Shown here: positions 1-8,826 of the stretch, piece after piece | How the letters are laid out: each line of letters starts with the position of its first letter | Position numbering within the stretch: the stretch's first letter is position 1 | Origin: a virus | Taxonomy: Duplodnaviria; Caudoviricetes | Direction: 5' to 3' (one strand) | Virus record (IMG/VR): IMGVR_UViG_3300038416_000116 | Span: 1-54,333 of that record | DNA: 54,333 nt | Translations under genes and position numbers: made by a program | The notes under the pieces: model-generated | Seen by the model: only the letters and a program-made list of their open reading frames with translations | Database searches by the model: none | What the model was told of the DNA's origin: nothing

Positions 1-2
1 GC

Positions 3-677
3 TAATAACTCAGTAACAGTACCATCTCCTGAATTTGAGGTCCAAATATTAGTGCCATCGAAACATATGAACTGAGGAGCACTACCAACAGTAATAGGCT
101 CGGAAGTTGTAAGAACGTAATTGAATCCGAGTAAGGTATCTCCACCAAGAACCGCAACGAACATCCCGGTTTGAATGTTAGAATTAGTGTTCGCATCTGT
201 CGCGCGAGTAAGAACGTAATCATGCGAACCATCACCAGCTACTGTAACAGTGTAGATACCATTATAAGGAGCATTTCCACCTGTTTCATTGGAAACTAGA
301 ATTCTTTGTCCAGGTGATACAAGATGACCATCAACAGTTAGTGCGCCAAAAGAAGTACCTGTAAGAGTCGCACCTACACCTAGTACACCGTTAAAGTATG
401 TGTACGCAGGAAGAGCCGCGGCAGTAGCATAATCAACTGGAGCGTGTACACTAAGACCAACCGCAACAGAGTCAACATATTCTTTGTCTACAAGGTCTAG
501 TGCTGAGAAATTACCTAACTGAGAACTAGGGTAAGATATTAAAGCACCATCTGCAATACTGTGTGAAGAGAAGGTAGCTAGCTTTGAAGTCGCAATATCT
601 GCTGCAACGTTAATAAGCGCATCAGATATGGAACCAGCTTCTCCCTGCTCATTTAAGTCAATATAAGTTTTTGCCAT
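3..677 (-). CDS. Tail fibre-like virion protein (runs off window start; missing from ORF track)
   Basis: Hand translation: MAKTYIDLNEQ...DKEYVDSVAVGL...GQRILVSNETGGNAPYNGIYTV...LTRATDA...FDGTNIW; SD GGAG upstream; motifs typical of phage tail-fibre N-termini. Confidence 0.7.
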   Translation of the reverse strand, partial: MAKTYIDLNEQGEAGSISDALINVAADIATSKLATFSSHSIADGALISYPSSQLGNFSALDLVDKEYVDSVAVGLSVHAPVDYATAAALPAYTYFNGVLGVGATLTGTSFGALTVDGHLVSPGQRILVSNETGGNAPYNGIYTVTVAGDGSHDYVLTRATDANTNSNIQTGMFVAVLGGDTLLGFNYVLTTSEPITVGSAPQFICFDGTNIWTSNSGDGTVTELL

Positions 678-744
678 TAGAGTTTCTCCATAAATTTTAA
701 TTTAAGATAACTTACTTATTTAAAACTCTTTTCTAGGCTGTACG

Positions 745-1200
745 TTATGACGTAATACGATATGAAGCGAGTAATACTCCCGCTACTTCAGGAGCAGTCG
801 TTGTTGTAATAGTAGTAGATGAAATTGTGTAATCATTACCGATACCACTTCTTTGAAGAACACCATTGAGCCAGAAATAAACACTTCCTGCATCAGGAGT
901 ACTCGGTAAAGTAAAAGTAACATTTGACCCATCGATTACCCCAAAAGGAGTAATTTGATCTACAAACGTAATTGCAGAAGGGGCTGCTTGCCAATCAGCG
1001 GTAGTACCGGAAGTAGCTACTAAAGTTTCTCCGACAGTAGGTGTTCCTGTAATAAGTATACCATTAATAGCTTCCGCTTCGCTAGCTGTTCCAATTAAAG
1101 TAGCTGTAATAGTTCCAGCAGCAAAGTTTCCAGAAGAATCCCTTTCAACAATAGCATTTGGAACATCTGTACTAGTTCCTCGTTTAACAATGGCAGACAT
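745..1200 (-). CDS. Virion/tail-associated protein
   Basis: Thr/Gly-rich; IVERDSSGNFAAGTITA and GVIDGSNVTFTL...LNGVLQR..DYTIS motifs seen in phage structural proteins. Confidence 0.55.
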   Translation of the reverse strand: MSAIVKRGTSTDVPNAIVERDSSGNFAAGTITATLIGTASEAEAINGILITGTPTVGETLVATSGTTADWQAAPSAITFVDQITPFGVIDGSNVTFTLPSTPDAGSVYFWLNGVLQRSGIGNDYTISSTTITTTTAPEVAGVLLASYRITS

Positions 1201-1202
1201 AA

Positions 1203-1640
1203 TTAATAGCTCCAGAGTCTATAATTACCGGGAGTTCCGGTTGCTTTTATCCAGATACCTGGTTGACCTCTCCAATCCATTGAGATAGCTTCCTCAGGCA
1301 ATACTGTACCATGAAGATGAGTGCCATCAAAACTAAATTGAACAATTTGTGAAGGGTCATCATTAGTTACACTAATGCTAACGCTAGTAAACCCAAACAC
1401 GTAGTGAGTGTAAGTTCCAGTTAGAGCACCTGCAGATTGATCTATGTAGAAAGAATTAGATGAAGGAGGTGTTGATCCACCTCCGCCACCACCACCTGAT
1501 GTAGCTACAACACCACTATTATCAATCTGAATCGGAATTATATCTCCATCAGGAGCACGTCCATAAATTACCGATATAGCTTTATCATTAGTAGTTAGTA
1601 CGCTTACATCAGGATATGAGGTTTGAAGATTATATGTCAT
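1203..1640 (-). CDS. Hypothetical virion protein with poly-Gly linker
   Basis: 145-aa ORF in structural operon, beta-rich C-terminal domain. Confidence 0.5.
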   Translation of the reverse strand: MTYNLQTSYPDVSVLTTNDKAISVIYGRAPDGDIIPIQIDNSGVVATSGGGGGGGSTPPSSNSFYIDQSAGALTGTYTHYVFGFTSVSISVTNDDPSQIVQFSFDGTHLHGTVLPEEAISMDWRGQPGIWIKATGTPGNYRLWSY

Positions 1641-1655
1641 AAGTCGAGGTGCCCC

Positions 1656-2150
1656 TTACTTGTTTTTTGGGAGAAGAGATGTTTCAGTTATAGCTAAGGC
1701 GTTATGCGTTTTAGAATCTTCATCACTAATGAGAGTTACTACAGGCAAATCAACATCCTTAGGCCAGGGATAACTTTCTTTTAACGATTTAGAAGCTGAA
1801 ATAGGGCTAGTCAGCTGATCCTGTCGTACAATTCCTGCAGCTACTTCAGTAATAGTTGTAGCTGACGTCATAGGCTGCTTAGGTGCTTCAACGCTCTTTG
1901 TATCGCAAGGTAGTGCCGAATTTTCAACGATCATCCAGCCCATCTTAATAGATCTACCTAAAGATCCACTTAAACGAGATTTAACAGCTTCTGCGGAATC
2001 AACTAAATCCAAAGGTAAATACTGATCCTTCTGTAATCGTACTGGACGTAAAGATTTGCCTTCAGCTGACTTAATAAAAAGATCCGTCAGAATAAGTCCT
2101 TCAAGACCACTTTGTACGACACATTTATACTTTTCTTTGCTTAAATCCAT
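1656..2150 (-). CDS. Hypothetical protein
   Basis: 164-aa ORF with AAGGAG SD. Confidence 0.55.
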   Translation of the reverse strand: MDLSKEKYKCVVQSGLEGLILTDLFIKSAEGKSLRPVRLQKDQYLPLDLVDSAEAVKSRLSGSLGRSIKMGWMIVENSALPCDTKSVEAPKQPMTSATTITEVAAGIVRQDQLTSPISASKSLKESYPWPKDVDLPVVTLISDEDSKTHNALAITETSLLPKNK

Positions 2151-2277
2151 TTTATTTCTCCTTGCTTTCCTACATCTCTTTAAAACGACCTACACTATAA
2201 AATAATAATTCTACGGGTCATTACGATAACTACGTAAATTGTACTAGCCTACAAAGCCGACTAGCGGGCGATCTTAT

Positions 2278-2793
2278 TTAGAACGATGATAGTGCTGCTC
2301 GTACCCACGTATTAGTTGCTACACAGATGTAAAGATAGGTTGCGTCGAAGTCTACTTGTCCAAGAGTTCCAGGTGACGTTGACGTAGGTGCAGTACCGCC
2401 AATACCATCGGAATACTTCGTTACGGAATTACCTCCGTTATTTGTTACCCAAACATTGGCACCATCGTAGGCAACAAAAGATGGATAAGTGCCATGTTCA
2501 TAGGTGGTTCCTACTAGTGCCCCTGACGAAGCTAGAATCCATGATATGCTAGTGGATCCGGCATAACCAACTACCCATATATAAGTTCCATCATAGCACA
2601 TCCCAAGAACACCATTAGGACCTGCACTAAATGGAGAACCAATAGCAGGAGTCCCATTAGAGGCTAGAAGTTTACTTAGGGTAGAATCAAGAGTATTCCC
2701 AACCCAGATGTAAGTTCCATCGAATCCTCTTACGTCATCTAGCACAATAGGATTGTTGATTAAGCTAGTTATAACTTTAGGAATTAAAGCCAT
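2278..2793 (-). CDS. Beta-propeller-repeat virion protein
   Basis: Three [FY]DG[TA][YN][IV]WV repeats; C-terminal PGTLGQVDFDATYLYICVATNTWVR tail-fibre-like motif. Confidence 0.55.
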   Translation of the reverse strand: MALIPKVITSLINNPIVLDDVRGFDGTYIWVGNTLDSTLSKLLASNGTPAIGSPFSAGPNGVLGMCYDGTYIWVVGYAGSTSISWILASSGALVGTTYEHGTYPSFVAYDGANVWVTNNGGNSVTKYSDGIGGTAPTSTSPGTLGQVDFDATYLYICVATNTWVRAALSSF

Positions 2794-2948
2794 TTTAGTT
2801 CTCCGAGAAAATTAAATTAAACGCATTTTAAGTTACGGCGTCCCGTTACTTTTTACGTAGATATAAGATAAATTTCGTAACATACATCCACGAAGCGATT
2901 AATGGACAACAATGTATTTACGAACGAAATTTGATATACAAACAAATA

Positions 2949-2980
2949 GGGGAGTTGGGAGATTTACTTCCCAACTCCCC
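2949..2980 (-). terminator. Intrinsic terminator after major capsid gene
   Basis: 12-bp inverted repeat GGGGAGTTGGGA/TCCCAACTCCCC followed on minus strand by TATTTGTTTG. Confidence 0.8.
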
Positions 2981-3017
2981 CGTTTGAGGTAATCTTTGGT
3001 TAAGCCAACGACTAAGC

Positions 3018-3992
3018 TTAAGAAACTGTGATCTGTACAATACCCTTCGCGAAACGAATCACGAAGCCCACGTCTTCCCAGATCGCAAATACATCTGCGA
3101 ACTTGTTGGAATCCTTTAGGGTTTCGACGGATAGATCCGTACGAACGGCTAGTACACCAAGGTAATCTGCCGGAGCGAGGACGTACACCTGAGCGGAAGG
3201 GACGATAATGTCCTCGAGAACTTCTACACCCCAAATATTTCCAACGCGGCCAGCCTTAAGAGCCTGATCCTGGAAATTAGGTGCGAAGATACCAGCACCA
3301 CCTGCAGAACCGATAACCGTATTGAACAACATAAGGTCGGCGGAGCGTAGAGGGTTCAAGAAAATCTTGCTGCAAGGGACTAGCTTAGAACGAAGCGTAA
3401 CGATTGCATTGACAAGAGTTTCCTGAGACAACTTACCCGACGTATCGGTAAGAAGTGATGGATTACTTGAAGCCGCAGAAGTGCCCGCTAGGGACGCTAC
3501 ATTCGGCTGATTTGTTAGACTTGCGGCATATTGCAACAGATTAAAACCTCTAGAATCTTCCTGGAGCTGGATAGACGCTTTAGCGCGTTCCTGTGCCCGA
3601 TTCAGAATGTCGAACTTACGGAAATTCGATTCATTCCAACGAACTAAGGGGCGAACAGTAATAGGCGAAGTTTCAACGCGAATACGATCTGACTTAACTT
3701 CTAGTTGCTGCGGCAAGCCTTCTACCGAAATACTAGCTGCTGGAACGTCCAGATCTGCGTCGAATACGGCTTCCTCACCCATTGCGAGCTTATACGTCTG
3801 ATACAACTGGCGAATCCGACCCTCAAACAGCAAGTCTCTCTTTAGCGGCGAGAGCATCTGCTGAGCGATTGTCTGACGCCCACCAGGAGAATTCATGAGA
3901 CGAGTAAGTCTTTCCTCAACCTGCGAAGCAGTAAGGTTAAGACCAAAAATCTGCTCATCTGCAGGAACTGCATTCATGTCACTCATTTGCAT
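3018..3992 (-). CDS. Major capsid protein (HK97 fold)
   Basis: 324 aa, after protease and decoration genes, strong SD, terminator downstream; FLNP...VGNIWGVEVLED...EDVGFVIRFAKGIV pattern. Confidence 0.8.
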   Translation of the reverse strand: MQMSDMNAVPADEQIFGLNLTASQVEERLTRLMNSPGGRQTIAQQMLSPLKRDLLFEGRIRQLYQTYKLAMGEEAVFDADLDVPAASISVEGLPQQLEVKSDRIRVETSPITVRPLVRWNESNFRKFDILNRAQERAKASIQLQEDSRGFNLLQYAASLTNQPNVASLAGTSAASSNPSLLTDTSGKLSQETLVNAIVTLRSKLVPCSKIFLNPLRSADLMLFNTVIGSAGGAGIFAPNFQDQALKAGRVGNIWGVEVLEDIIVPSAQVYVLAPADYLGVLAVRTDLSVETLKDSNKFADVFAIWEDVGFVIRFAKGIVQITVS

Positions 3993-4019
3993 TTCTCCTA
4001 ATATGTTTTACTATTTAAC

Positions 4020-4526
4020 TTACGCGTTAAGTAGCTTGATTTGTAGCAGCGTTACGGGCGAAGAGCCTGTTACTGCCATAACTGTACCAACTGCCGCGAC
4101 TGTAGCCGAGGGCGGATTAGCGACTCCGTCTCTGATTAGTCCCGATGAATCGACAGTGACTAGAGCATTCAGCGTGTACGTATCGGTAGGATTGTAAGGG
4201 TAAACTGTTCCCGTAGGCGCAGCGTACGTATCCCCTGCTAGAGCGAACTCCCCACCATTTACGAACGCGCCAACTAGACCACCGCGATCGAAATTAGTAT
4301 AGTCATAACCTGCACCAGCTGTTAAACCATTGGCACCCTGTAAAGGGAACATAAGGTTGCTATCAGACGCGAGACCGAGAGGTTTCCATCCCGACGTGCC
4401 TGAAAAGGGCCGAACATGCTGGGAGTCAGGGTATAGCTCGAGAGGCTGACCGGCGATAATGGTTGCGCCACTAGCAACGGTGTAACCGGCATCTCGATTG
4501 ACTTCCTTAATAACTTGAATAGCCAT
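4020..4526 (-). CDS. Capsid decoration/cement protein (putative)
   Basis: 168 aa, Gly/Ala/Thr-rich, between scaffold and MCP. Confidence 0.6.
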   Translation of the reverse strand: MAIQVIKEVNRDAGYTVASGATIIAGQPLELYPDSQHVRPFSGTSGWKPLGLASDSNLMFPLQGANGLTAGAGYDYTNFDRGGLVGAFVNGGEFALAGDTYAAPTGTVYPYNPTDTYTLNALVTVDSSGLIRDGVANPPSATVAAVGTVMAVTGSSPVTLLQIKLLNA

Positions 4527-4661
4527 CTTGTTTTTCTCCTATTTGAATGTAACTTAGATTTACGATTCTTTTACTTTTACTTTACTTTGCGTTCCCAAGC
4601 AATCTATCTTGGGTAGCTATTACCTTATCAGCCGCTTTGCAAACCCTAAATTGTAGATGGG

Positions 4662-7600
4662 TTAGCGTCCCTTCTGGGAGCCCATTGAATCACAGATTCC
4701 TTTGAGCCAATCAGATTCCGAACCACCTGAATAAGGAAGGTTATTTAGTCTGTATGACGCAGTAGTATTTGTCCCAGCGGGTTTTGCGATCCTCTCAATA
4801 GATTCTGCGAACGCCTTTAACGAAGATGAATCCATCTTGAGTAACAGCGCGTGCTGGCGATCAGCGGCTAGCTTGAAAGCTTGGGCACGTGCATCAAACA
4901 ACGGCGTACCATCTGTTGTTAACTTCTGAACATCGGTTTCATCGGCGGATACAAGTCTCTTGTCAATCATAGTAGAGACAACTTGCTTACAGAACTCCGC
5001 CTTTGCACGCATAGATTTTTCAGCGCGAAGAGTAGATAACTCAGCCTCAAGCTGTAGTTCCCGGTCAGATTTCTCTGCCTTGACTTCAACCTTTGGCTCT
5101 AAAGTAGTTAGATGTACTTGGATAGGCTCTTTTTCCATCTCTTTAACTTCTTCCTTCTCATGCTTTGCAAGCTCAGTAACATCTTTCTTAGCATGTTCAG
5201 CAAGAGCTACATCCTTTTTCTCGGCGTCAAGTTTAGGATCGGTAGAAGCTTCCTTCTCTTCTTTCTTAGGAGCTTCTTCTTTAGGAGCAGCTTTTTCAGC
5301 TTTAGCCTCTTCTTTGGCTTCAGCTTTAGCAGCTTTTTCCTCTTCCTTCTCCGCCTTCTCTTCTTCCTTTTTAGCAGCAGCCTCTTCCTTCTCGGCTACC
5401 TTTGCATCGGCTTCCATTTGTTTTTCCATGGCAGCCTGAAATTTTTCAAGAGCTTTGCACATAGCTTCCATAGGCTTCTTCAGTTTATCCGCAGGAGTCA
5501 TAGCCTCAAGCATCTTTTCGATATGCTCTAGCTTTTCTTCATCGGACATATCTTCAGGAGCTTTATGTTCGGGCTTATGTTCAGCAGGAGCTTTATGCTC
5601 TTCTTTAGGAGCTTTATGCTCTTCTTTAGGAGCTTCAGGAGCCTTATGTTCCTTCTTTGGAGCCATATCCTTAGGCATATCCATAGGAGGCTTCATATCC
5701 ATTGGAGCTTCCATCTTAGGAGCCGCTTCTGCCATAGGAGCAGCAGCTTCAACTTTATGACTCATACACTCACAGGTTGGAGGGCACATCTTAGAACACT
5801 TCATGGCACACATACACGCACCAGATTTATCTTCATGAGATTCCTCATGAGAATGACTCATACCATCTGTACCATCAAGTCCTTCCATAGGGCCAGCTTT
5901 AACTTCAAGGGTACCTTCCTCTGAAGCTTTCTTACCCTTACCAACGGGCTTGTACTGATCCTTACCAATAGACTTCTGTGAAGGCCACTCTTTACCGGAA
6001 CCTGCGCCAGGAGCGGCAGGGAATCCCCCACCATCCATATCTTTGCCCTCTTCTAACTTTTTGATATGTGACGGAGCATGAGGAGCCTGAAGCTTATACT
6101 GATCTTTACCTACAGCACCAGCAGCTTCTTTAGTTAGTACAGTTGCGTCTAAAATAGAGGCAACTTTTTCAACGCCGTCAGCAGCCAGGCGGGATAGGAG
6201 ATAATTACCGTACTCCCATGATGCTGCGTACGTAGCGCGAGTTGGGAGCATGTCCCCCCAAATTTTGTCAAGAGTTGCCTTTAATACAGGTAGACCCTTA
6301 TCTGTTACAACCCAATAGGATTCCTTTATGGAAGGCTTAGAAACAAAGATTGCGCGATACTCAGCTTTCTTATCGTGCTCTTTTTCTGCCTTATCAGCAG
6401 CTTTCTCTTTAGCCTCTTCCTTCGCTTCAGCTTTAGCTTCGGCCTTGTCTTCCTTCTTGTCCTTAGCTTCCTCTTTATCAGCAGACTTAGAATCAGCTTC
6501 GACTTTAACTTCAGCTTTAGCTACAACTTCAACTACAGGAACTGCAGCAGCCTCGTGATGCTTCTCCTTATTAGCAGGAGTTTTATCTTCAGCTTTTTCG
6601 GCTTCAGATTCGTCCTTTTTCTTAGGAGCCATGTCAGGCTTTACCTTATCCTCTTTATAACCATCTGGTTCAGCTTTCTCTGCTTTGGCTTCCATCTTAG
6701 GAGTCTCCTCAGCTTTAATCTCGGCTTTCTTGGCACGAGTTGTAATAAAATCTACTAGATCGAGATACTCAAATGCAGAGAGCTTCTCACTTAAAATCTT
6801 TTTTAACGTATTTTCAGCAGCAGCTTCAACCTTAGGCTCGGTCTTAACTTCAACAGGGACTATAATAGGTGCGGCTACAGCTTCTGGCGTTGCAACAGGG
6901 GCTTGTAAATCGGCTTTCTTGGGAATCATTTTGAGTAAATCCTCCAACTCGTTGGTTAGGTGAGCAGGTACCTCTTTCTTATCAGAAGCAAACTTCTGAA
7001 TCTCATCTTTAAGCTGTGAGATTACCTGAACGATCTTAGCATTGCTCCAGGCTGGAACATTTACGACAGACAGTTCCGTAAAATTAAGTCCCTGGTTAAT
7101 TGCGTAGGCCTGAGTTCGATTTCCTTTCTTAATATTAAAATCAGGAAGATCAATCTCAGCTAAATAGTCTCTTAATAGTCCCCTACCAAGATGAATACAC
7201 TTCTCATCTTGGTCTGAGTGGATTGTATGACCGCAAATAGAACAAGTAGATGTCATAACAGAACAACCCATACTAACTGAATCTAAAATTGCTGTAGACA
7301 ATTGACGAGCTAACTCAGGGTTAGCAATAGCATCAATCTTACATAAACATTCAATGTACTTCTCTCCAGAGTCAGGATCAACTACAGGATAAGCGTCAAG
7401 TACCTTTCCAATAGCATTGCGAGGATCACTAGACGCATGATTTAAAAACATACTCCGACCAACGAAGGTCGAATGTGATTTTAAAAGCTGTGACCAAGGA
7501 AAGAAGTCGCCATTACCATTAGGTTCGTCGCCGGCAATTGCTTTTGCGGCGAAGTAAAGAAATTCGTTTTTATCTGACGCGATCTTTTCAGAGTCGCGAG

Positions 7601-7685
7601 TATCAACAATAGTACGACCGGAGGCTACTGTATCTAAAGAACCTACTTTAGAAATTATGAGTGTTACTCCGACTTTGTTAATCAT
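4662..7685 (-). CDS. Prohead protease fused to long scaffold domain
   Basis: N-terminal NGNGDFF, MFLNH, SVSMGC-CSICG, FTELSVVNVPA protease motifs; about 750-aa K/E/A/P-rich low-complexity C-terminus; between portal and MCP. Confidence 0.75.
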   Translation of the reverse strand: MINKVGVTLIISKVGSLDTVASGRTIVDTRDSEKIASDKNEFLYFAAKAIAGDEPNGNGDFFPWSQLLKSHSTFVGRSMFLNHASSDPRNAIGKVLDAYPVVDPDSGEKYIECLCKIDAIANPELARQLSTAILDSVSMGCSVMTSTCSICGHTIHSDQDEKCIHLGRGLLRDYLAEIDLPDFNIKKGNRTQAYAINQGLNFTELSVVNVPAWSNAKIVQVISQLKDEIQKFASDKKEVPAHLTNELEDLLKMIPKKADLQAPVATPEAVAAPIIVPVEVKTEPKVEAAAENTLKKILSEKLSAFEYLDLVDFITTRAKKAEIKAEETPKMEAKAEKAEPDGYKEDKVKPDMAPKKKDESEAEKAEDKTPANKEKHHEAAAVPVVEVVAKAEVKVEADSKSADKEEAKDKKEDKAEAKAEAKEEAKEKAADKAEKEHDKKAEYRAIFVSKPSIKESYWVVTDKGLPVLKATLDKIWGDMLPTRATYAASWEYGNYLLSRLAADGVEKVASILDATVLTKEAAGAVGKDQYKLQAPHAPSHIKKLEEGKDMDGGGFPAAPGAGSGKEWPSQKSIGKDQYKPVGKGKKASEEGTLEVKAGPMEGLDGTDGMSHSHEESHEDKSGACMCAMKCSKMCPPTCECMSHKVEAAAPMAEAAPKMEAPMDMKPPMDMPKDMAPKKEHKAPEAPKEEHKAPKEEHKAPAEHKPEHKAPEDMSDEEKLEHIEKMLEAMTPADKLKKPMEAMCKALEKFQAAMEKQMEADAKVAEKEEAAAKKEEEKAEKEEEKAAKAEAKEEAKAEKAAPKEEAPKKEEKEASTDPKLDAEKKDVALAEHAKKDVTELAKHEKEEVKEMEKEPIQVHLTTLEPKVEVKAEKSDRELQLEAELSTLRAEKSMRAKAEFCKQVVSTMIDKRLVSADETDVQKLTTDGTPLFDARAQAFKLAADRQHALLLKMDSSSLKAFAESIERIAKPAGTNTTASYRLNNLPYSGGSESDWLKGICDSMGSQKGR

Positions 7686-7688
7686 AGT

Positions 7689-7913
7689 TTATGATCGGTT
7701 GTTTGCTTGCTTTAATTCGTTAAAAAGTTTCAAAAAGTTGTCAAGTGTACTATAATAGTCATCTTTAAGATTTTTCTTATACTGATCGAAGCTACGGTCG
7801 CTCATTCCAGATATACGCGCATAATCTAATGCACGGCCCATTAGTTTCTGAGTAAAAATCTTAAGTAGCTCTTCCTCATTCTGAGCAATTAATGGCTTTT
7901 CTTTGTCATCCAT
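7689..7913 (-). CDS. Hypothetical protein
   Basis: 74-aa helical ORF with SD. Confidence 0.55.
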   Translation of the reverse strand: MDDKEKPLIAQNEEELLKIFTQKLMGRALDYARISGMSDRSFDQYKKNLKDDYYSTLDNFLKLFNELKQANNRS

Positions 7914-8009
7914 ATCTTTCCTTTTCGTTACAGGGGTAGAGACGTTCTTCTATATTAATAAGGCAAGGATTATAGTAATGGGCGATTGTAACCGACGGTC
8001 GAACCGAAA

Positions 8010-8549
8010 TTAAGCATCTTTTAGATACTCAAGCCCTTCTTCTTCAGAATGAAAATTTCTAACCGAGCGCTCAGTGACGATTGCTTGCCACGTATCTAGA
8101 CGTTCATTATATCTAGATTCTTTCCACTTACTTACACTAGGCTCAGGAAGTCTACCATCTTCACGTCCTGTATCAACTTTGCCAAGCTCTTTAGAAGGAG
8201 CTTCTTCATTCTTATCAGGCTTCTCCATCTTAGGAGTCTTTTCTTCCGGAACTTCTTTAGCCTTAGGAGCTTCAGGTTCTTTCTTCTTATCGTCAGCAGA
8301 AAGTTTATTTTGCATAGCTGAAATTAATTTGGCTGTGGCTTGATTAGTAACGTCACGTAAAAATTCTATTTCATCTACAGCAGAAGCTTCTGACTCTTCT
8401 AATTGGCCAGTAATATATTTACTATATAATTCGGCGTAAAGAGGATCATCGAAATTAATAGTAGGCCCATTAGGCGCCTTGTAGCCTTTAGTAGCAAACT
8501 CTGGAGCGCTTCCAGCTGCATCTGTAATCCAACGAGGAATTGCCATCAT
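8010..8549 (-). CDS. Hypothetical head-module protein
   Basis: ORF overlapping upstream gene; start taken at MMAIPRW. Confidence 0.55.
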   Translation of the reverse strand: MMAIPRWITDAAGSAPEFATKGYKAPNGPTINFDDPLYAELYSKYITGQLEESEASAVDEIEFLRDVTNQATAKLISAMQNKLSADDKKKEPEAPKAKEVPEEKTPKMEKPDKNEEAPSKELGKVDTGREDGRLPEPSVSKWKESRYNERLDTWQAIVTERSVRNFHSEEEGLEYLKDA

Positions 8550-8551
8550 AA

Positions 8552-8818
8552 TTAGTTGCCCTCTCCACACTTTAAAGTATTAACTTCCCTACAGACTGGA
8601 CAAGCGATAGTAAGTTTAGATACTTTCGCTACCAGATCTACATCTTTACGCTTTATACTAATCATAGAATCGTCAGTTGTTTTGCAGAGCAACTTCCCGC
8701 ACCTAATACACCGAACTAACTGATTCTCCTTAATAATTTTCTCTTTTAATAGTTCAAAGTCCTCTGCAGTGGAAGCTACCGTAAGAATTTTTTGAATATC
8801 GCCAGTTTTATTAATCAT
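8552..8818 (-). CDS. Zn-ribbon protein, Mu Com-like
   Basis: VRCIRCGKLL...IACPVCREVN. Confidence 0.6.
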   Translation of the reverse strand: MINKTGDIQKILTVASTAEDFELLKEKIIKENQLVRCIRCGKLLCKTTDDSMISIKRKDVDLVAKVSKLTIACPVCREVNTLKCGEGN

Positions 8819-8826
8819 AATAATCC

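Noticed and set aside
2-235. 77-aa minus-strand ORF from the track
   Set aside because: Alternative frame of the tail-fibre-like gene starting at 677
4960-6963. Plus-strand Ser/Phe/Leu-rich ORFs
   Set aside because: Antisense shadows of the low-complexity K/E/A scaffold gene
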